From assembly GCA_903840315.1 (NCBI GenBank), contig CAIMFK010000012.1:16186-80185 (forward strand): 64,000 bases of DNA, given 5' to 3'. Each line of letters opens with the position of its first letter. Within the stretch, counting starts at the first letter, position 1. The stretch is from an uncultured Candidatus Saccharibacteria bacterium. GTDB lineage: Bacteria > Patescibacteriota > Saccharimonadia > Saccharimonadales > UBA4665. Below are positions 60,246 through 64,000 of this stretch, piece by piece. The notes under the pieces were generated by a model, which was given only the letters and a program-made list of their open reading frames with translations, did no database searches and was not told where the DNA came from. Made by a program: the position numbers and the translations under genes.

Positions 60246-61223
60246 TTATTTCTCCTTGCCTATGCTCTCTTTTAGTAAAATTGCTGACAGTGTAATTTGT
60301 TTAGATGTTAGTCCAAAATTCTCAAATAATTCACTCATTTCACCAGACTCCCCAAATCTATCCTGCATACCTATTCTGCGAATTGGTGTTGGTAATTTCT
60401 CACCAAGTAGTTCAGAAACTGCTCCACCTAGCCCGCCAGCTATTTGGCCTTCTTCTGCGGTGATAATTAAACCTGTTTTCTTAGCACTTTTAAGGATAGT
60501 ATTTTCATCAAGTGGCTTAATAGTCGCAACATGAACTACCTCTGCAGAAATATTGTGTTTTTTAAGTTCCTGGGCGGACATCAATGCCTGATATGTCATA
60601 GTACCAGTGGCAATAATAGTTACGTCATTGCCTTCTACGAAAACTTGAGCCTTACCGATTTCAAAAGGGGTATTTTTGGATGTGATCACAGGAGTGGCCT
60701 CTCTTGCTAAACGAATATAATTTGGCTGTTTATGTTTAGCCATAGCGATTGTTGCCTTTTCAGCTTCAACAGAATCGCATGGCGCTATAACTACCATGTT
60801 TGGTAGCACTCTCATCAACGCAATATCTTCAAGCATTTGATGAGTAGCACCATCAGGACCGACACTTACACCTGCATGAGAACCAACTATTTTAACTGGC
60901 TGATTATTTAAACAAATTGTAGTTCTAATTTGCTCCCAATTTCTTCCTGGGCTAAAAGCTGCATAGCTACTTACAAACGGAATCTTTCCCGCGGCAGCTA
61001 ATCCACTACCGACTGTAACTAGATTCTGCTCAGCAACTCCAATTTCAATAAACCTATCGGGAAATGCATCTTTGAATAAGCTCATTTGAGTTGAATCGGT
61101 TAAATCAGCACACGCAGCCACAACATTAACATTTATTGTTCCAGCTTCAAGCAATCCCCTACCAAAACCTTTTCTAATAGGCTCTGATACAAGTTCTTTG
61201 TTAATATCTAATATTTCAGTCAT
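60246..61223 (-). CDS. Transketolase, C-terminal (pyrimidine-binding) subunit
   Basis: About 325 aa. Start set to ATG 61223 (AGGAG 9 nt upstream; the ORF-track start at 61232 is a GTG). FIE.GVAEQN, split-tkt architecture. Confidence 0.93.
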   Translation of the reverse strand: MTEILDINKELVSEPIRKGFGRGLLEAGTINVNVVAACADLTDSTQMSLFKDAFPDRFIEIGVAEQNLVTVGSGLAAAGKIPFVSSYAAFSPGRNWEQIRTTICLNNQPVKIVGSHAGVSVGPDGATHQMLEDIALMRVLPNMVVIAPCDSVEAEKATIAMAKHKQPNYIRLAREATPVITSKNTPFEIGKAQVFVEGNDVTIIATGTMTYQALMSAQELKKHNISAEVVHVATIKPLDENTILKSAKKTGLIITAEEGQIAGGLGGAVSELLGEKLPTPIRRIGMQDRFGESGEMSELFENFGLTSKQITLSAILLKESIGKEK

Positions 61224-62076
61224 GGGCTTCACTCCTAATTTTTCCAGCTAATGTACGAAGCTCCTTAAGTGCTTTTATCTCTTGTTCATGATTTGGCGGT
61301 TTACCGTGCCAGGTATAGTCATATTCCATAAAATCTACGCCTTTTCCGGGAATTGTATGAGCTATGATCATAATTGGCTTTTCGGTTATTGCTCGAGCCA
61401 TTGCGCATGCATCAATAAAAGCTTCGATGTCATTGCCATTCACTTCAATTACATGCCACCCAAATGACTCCCATTTATTTTTTAGATTCTCGAGAGGCAT
61501 AACTGATTCAGTATTTCCATCAATTTGTATATTGTTTCTGTCCGTAATGGCAATGATATTGCTCAGCTTATATTTATTGCACAACATGGTCGCTTCCCAA
61601 ACATTGCCTTCATCCTGTTCACCGTCACCCATAACTACATATATCCATCTATGAGTAATCTTATCCATTCTCATAGCTAAAGCCATGCCTGCCGCCTGAG
61701 ATAAGCCGCAGCCGAGTGGACCAGATGTATTTTCCAATCCTGGAAGTCTCTGCCTCTCAGGATGTCCTTGTAGTCTTGAGCCGAATTTTCTCAAGGTCAT
61801 AAGCTCTTTTTCTGGGAAATAACCAGCTTTTGCCATAGCAGCATATCTAACTGGAACACAGTGGCCATTACTTAAAAGTAATATGTCTCGGTCATTCCAA
61901 TCGGGATTCTTTGGATCGTGTTTTAGTATATCGAAATAAAGCGCAGTAAAAATATCTGCTAGGCCAAGAGGACCTGCACTATGTCCGCTGCCTGCATGTT
62001 CAAGCATACGTATAATATTTTCTCTAATATCGTTAGCAATTAATTCTAAATCATTTATTGAATATTTAGTATTCAT
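61216..62076 (-). CDS. Transketolase, N-terminal (TPP-binding) subunit
   Basis: 286 aa, GSGHSAGPLG, GDGE..EG, NNIQIDG. Confidence 0.94.
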   Translation of the reverse strand: MNTKYSINDLELIANDIRENIIRMLEHAGSGHSAGPLGLADIFTALYFDILKHDPKNPDWNDRDILLLSNGHCVPVRYAAMAKAGYFPEKELMTLRKFGSRLQGHPERQRLPGLENTSGPLGCGLSQAAGMALAMRMDKITHRWIYVVMGDGEQDEGNVWEATMLCNKYKLSNIIAITDRNNIQIDGNTESVMPLENLKNKWESFGWHVIEVNGNDIEAFIDACAMARAITEKPIMIIAHTIPGKGVDFMEYDYTWHGKPPNHEQEIKALKELRTLAGKIRSEAHD

Positions 62077-62699
62077 GATATTGTTTCTGTTAATTTATTA
62101 AATGCTTTTTGTTTGTCCTCAGCACCGGCTATAAATCCACCAACATTCAAAACATCGACACCGTTTTTTACTAATGATTCTACATTTACCTCATTGATTC
62201 CACCATCCCAAGCAATTTCTTTGCCAGGAAATAGTTTTTTAACATCAGAAATTTTTGATACTAGCTTTAAATCTGCAACGCCACCGTAAAAACCTAATTT
62301 ACCAGAAAATATAAGGATATAGTCAAAGTAGTCCTTGAATTCCATTAAAGATTCGGCATTTTTATCTGGCATTAAGGCCACGCCAGTTTTTATATTATTT
62401 TTCTTCATCTTTTGGCTGAAGTCTATAATATCAACTTCAGATTCAGGATGAATAATAACGATTGATGGTGCGAGAGCTATTAACTGCTCTATAAAATCAC
62501 CTGGTTTTTCATACATTAAGTGTAGGTCTACAGGAATATTCCAGGGCCAGTAAACTTCATCAATTCCTATAGTTTCATTCAATGTAAATTTACCATCACT
62601 TAAATCAATATGAAGTCGTTTAGCAAATTTAGTGTAGTCCAAAATGTATGATTCATATTGCTCAGAATTGGCTGTAATAGTTGGACAAATTATTGGCAT
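62073..62699 (-). CDS. rpe: Ribulose-phosphate 3-epimerase family protein (divergent)
   Basis: 208 aa. HIDLSDGKF (compare H.DVMDG.F), VDLHLM, IIHPES, WDGGIN. Several canonical positions are altered (S for M, MPD for NP.T, SGKLGFYGG for SV.PGFGGQ). Confidence 0.7.
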   Translation of the reverse strand: MPIICPTITANSEQYESYILDYTKFAKRLHIDLSDGKFTLNETIGIDEVYWPWNIPVDLHLMYEKPGDFIEQLIALAPSIVIIHPESEVDIIDFSQKMKKNNIKTGVALMPDKNAESLMEFKDYFDYILIFSGKLGFYGGVADLKLVSKISDVKKLFPGKEIAWDGGINEVNVESLVKNGVDVLNVGGFIAGAEDKQKAFNKLTETIS

Positions 62700-62700
62700 A

Positions 62701-63147
62701 TCAACCTAACCTATCTAATTCATTAATTCTTCTATTAAATCTTGTGGCGGCCGCAAAAGGAGTTTTAATCCAGGTTTCTACTATATTAATTGCCTGTTTT
62801 TCATCAAGTAGCCTTGCCGGTAAACAAAGAACGTTACTGTTGTCATCATTTCTAGAAGAACGAGCTTCCTCCAAATCCCAGACTACACTTGCTCTTATAC
62901 CCCTAAAACGATTAGCTGCCATAGCCATGCCCTGTCCACTTCCACAAATTAATATTCCAAGTGGCTCATTTTCATCACTGGCAAGCATTTCCCTAACAAC
63001 CTTAGATGCAAAAATTGGAAAATCATCTTGAGGATCAGGCGTCTTATCTCCCTCATCGAAGACGTCATAACCATTACTAATTAACAATTTGCTAATTTTT
63101 AGTTTTAGCTGATAGCCGTTATGATCAGATCCTAAAAATATTCTCAT
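62701..63147 (-). CDS. rpiB: Ribose-5-phosphate isomerase B
   Basis: 148 aa, MRIFLGSDHNGY.LK, ICGSGQGMAMAANR..GIRA. Confidence 0.94.
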   Translation of the reverse strand: MRIFLGSDHNGYQLKLKISKLLISNGYDVFDEGDKTPDPQDDFPIFASKVVREMLASDENEPLGILICGSGQGMAMAANRFRGIRASVVWDLEEARSSRNDDNSNVLCLPARLLDEKQAINIVETWIKTPFAAATRFNRRINELDRLG

Positions 63148-63149
63148 TA

Positions 63150-64000
63150 TTATTCTGACTTGCTTAATATTTTAGCCGTATCAGCAACAACTTCAATTAA
63201 TCTATTTGAATAGCCCCATTCGTTATCGTACCAAGCGACAACTTTTAGCATATCTCCGTCTACAACAGCTGTAAGATTTAGGTCAATAATACAAGAATGG
63301 CTATTGCCGATAAAATCGCTGCTCACAAGCTCTTCGCTAGTTGTAGCTAATATGCCCTGGTAATATGGTTCTTTTTCGGCTTTTTTAAACACTTCGTTAA
63401 CTTCTTCAACTGTAACTTTCTTTTTTGTGATAATTACAAAATCACTCAAAGAAACTACTGGGGTTGGTACACGGATGGAAAGACCGCCAAATATTCCTTC
63501 TAGGGCCGGCAATGCTTTGGCAGCAGCCTTTGAGGCGCCTGTAGTGGTTGGGACAATGTTTTCAGCTGCAGCTCTGGCTTCTCTCAAATCCTTTGCAGGA
63601 GCGTCTTGGAGTTTCTGGCTGGCTGTATAGCTGTGAACTGTGGTCATCATCGCTTTCTTTATTCCAAACGCCTGCTCTATTACAGAAGCCACTGGGGTAA
63701 TACAGTTGGTCGTACAGCTAGCGTTAGATATTATGTCACTAGATTTTTCCAAAACATCCTCATTAACTCCAAGAACAATTGTAGTCGCGCCATCACCCTT
63801 AGCAGGCGCACTTAAAACAACTTTTTTCGCCCCTGCAGTTATATGCGCCTTAGCCTTTTCGGGGTCAACAAAAAGGCCCGTAGATTCGATAACTATATCT
63901 ACACCCATACTTTTCCATGGTAAATCTAAAGGATCCTTGATGGCCAAAACCTTGATCTTTTGGTCATTAACTATAATGTTTTCATCATCAAAAGTAACAT
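63150..64000 (-). CDS. gap: Glyceraldehyde-3-phosphate dehydrogenase (C-terminal about 283 aa; N-terminus beyond the right edge)
   Basis: NASCTTNC active site, WYDNEWGYS. The reading frame stays open to position 64000 (..VTFDDENIIVNDQKIKVLAIKDP..), so the Met at 63947 is internal. Confidence 0.96.
   Translation of the reverse strand, partial: VTFDDENIIVNDQKIKVLAIKDPLDLPWKSMGVDIVIESTGLFVDPEKAKAHITAGAKKVVLSAPAKGDGATTIVLGVNEDVLEKSSDIISNASCTTNCITPVASVIEQAFGIKKAMMTTVHSYTASQKLQDAPAKDLREARAAAENIVPTTTGASKAAAKALPALEGIFGGLSIRVPTPVVSLSDFVIITKKKVTVEEVNEVFKKAEKEPYYQGILATTSEELVSSDFIGNSHSCIIDLNLTAVVDGDMLKVVAWYDNEWGYSNRLIEVVADTAKILSKSE

Noticed and set aside
1-64000. Screened for CRISPR repeats, transposase, integrase or phage genes, toxin-antitoxin pairs, restriction-modification or other defence islands, rRNA genes, and stop-codon reassignment.
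   Set aside because: No regularly spaced repeats or mobile-element genes were seen. Every long ORF is a housekeeping gene or a single inserted hypothetical. All conserved genes are intact under the standard code.

Overview
Gene-dense, AT-rich bacterial window. It is almost all housekeeping genes, and about 55 of about 62 genes lie on the minus strand. All long ORFs are intact under the standard code, so there is no sign of UGA recoding.

Minus-strand order, from high to low coordinates:
- gap, rpiB, rpe-like, split transketolase, fba, PfkB kinase, an unknown 419-aa protein, a SLOG/LOG-like protein
- uvrB, gatC, gatA, a TM ORF, gatB, galU, a DUF948-like protein, a YtxH-like protein, dnaE
- a short stretch of mixed orientation: CAP-domain protein, TrmH-family methyltransferase, PilB-like ATPase, malic enzyme, rplS, rnhB, pepN
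- nusA, clpC, a membrane-anchored HExxH protein, radA, a PIN/TRAM protein
- a class A PBP on the plus strand
- tyrS, a methyltransferase, recG, a PLC-like protein, rsmD, tRNA-Leu(UAG), terminator
- hisS, tig, clpP
- rpoB, rpoC, rpsL, rpsG, fusA, tuf, rpsJ, then the S10/spc ribosomal cluster (rplC to rpsN, running off the left edge)

No rRNA, CRISPR array, transposase, integrase or obvious prophage or defence island was seen. This is an ordinary core region rather than an accessory island. The compaction, overlapping stop/start codons, split transketolase, absence of T-box leaders and a PilB-like ATPase suggest a reduced genome of the Patescibacteria/CPR (possibly Saccharibacteria-like) type. 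That is inference only.

Observations worth follow-up:
1. A translationally coupled pair (unrecognisable 419-aa protein plus a TIGR00725/LOG-like SLOG protein) attached to a sugar-phosphate super-operon.
2. A -10 hexamer 6-9 nt upstream of an ATG with no Shine-Dalgarno at 14 or more genes, suggesting widespread leaderless mRNAs.
3. A CIRCE-like inverted repeat over the clpC promoter.
4. A terminator-like attenuator in the nusA leader.
5. Unusually long spacers between rpsG and fusA and between rpsJ and rplC.
6. Lineage-specific membrane ORFs inserted into the gatCAB and clpC-radA syntenies.

Several ORF-track starts are over-extended (TTG/GTG upstream codons) and were trimmed where the sequence supports it.
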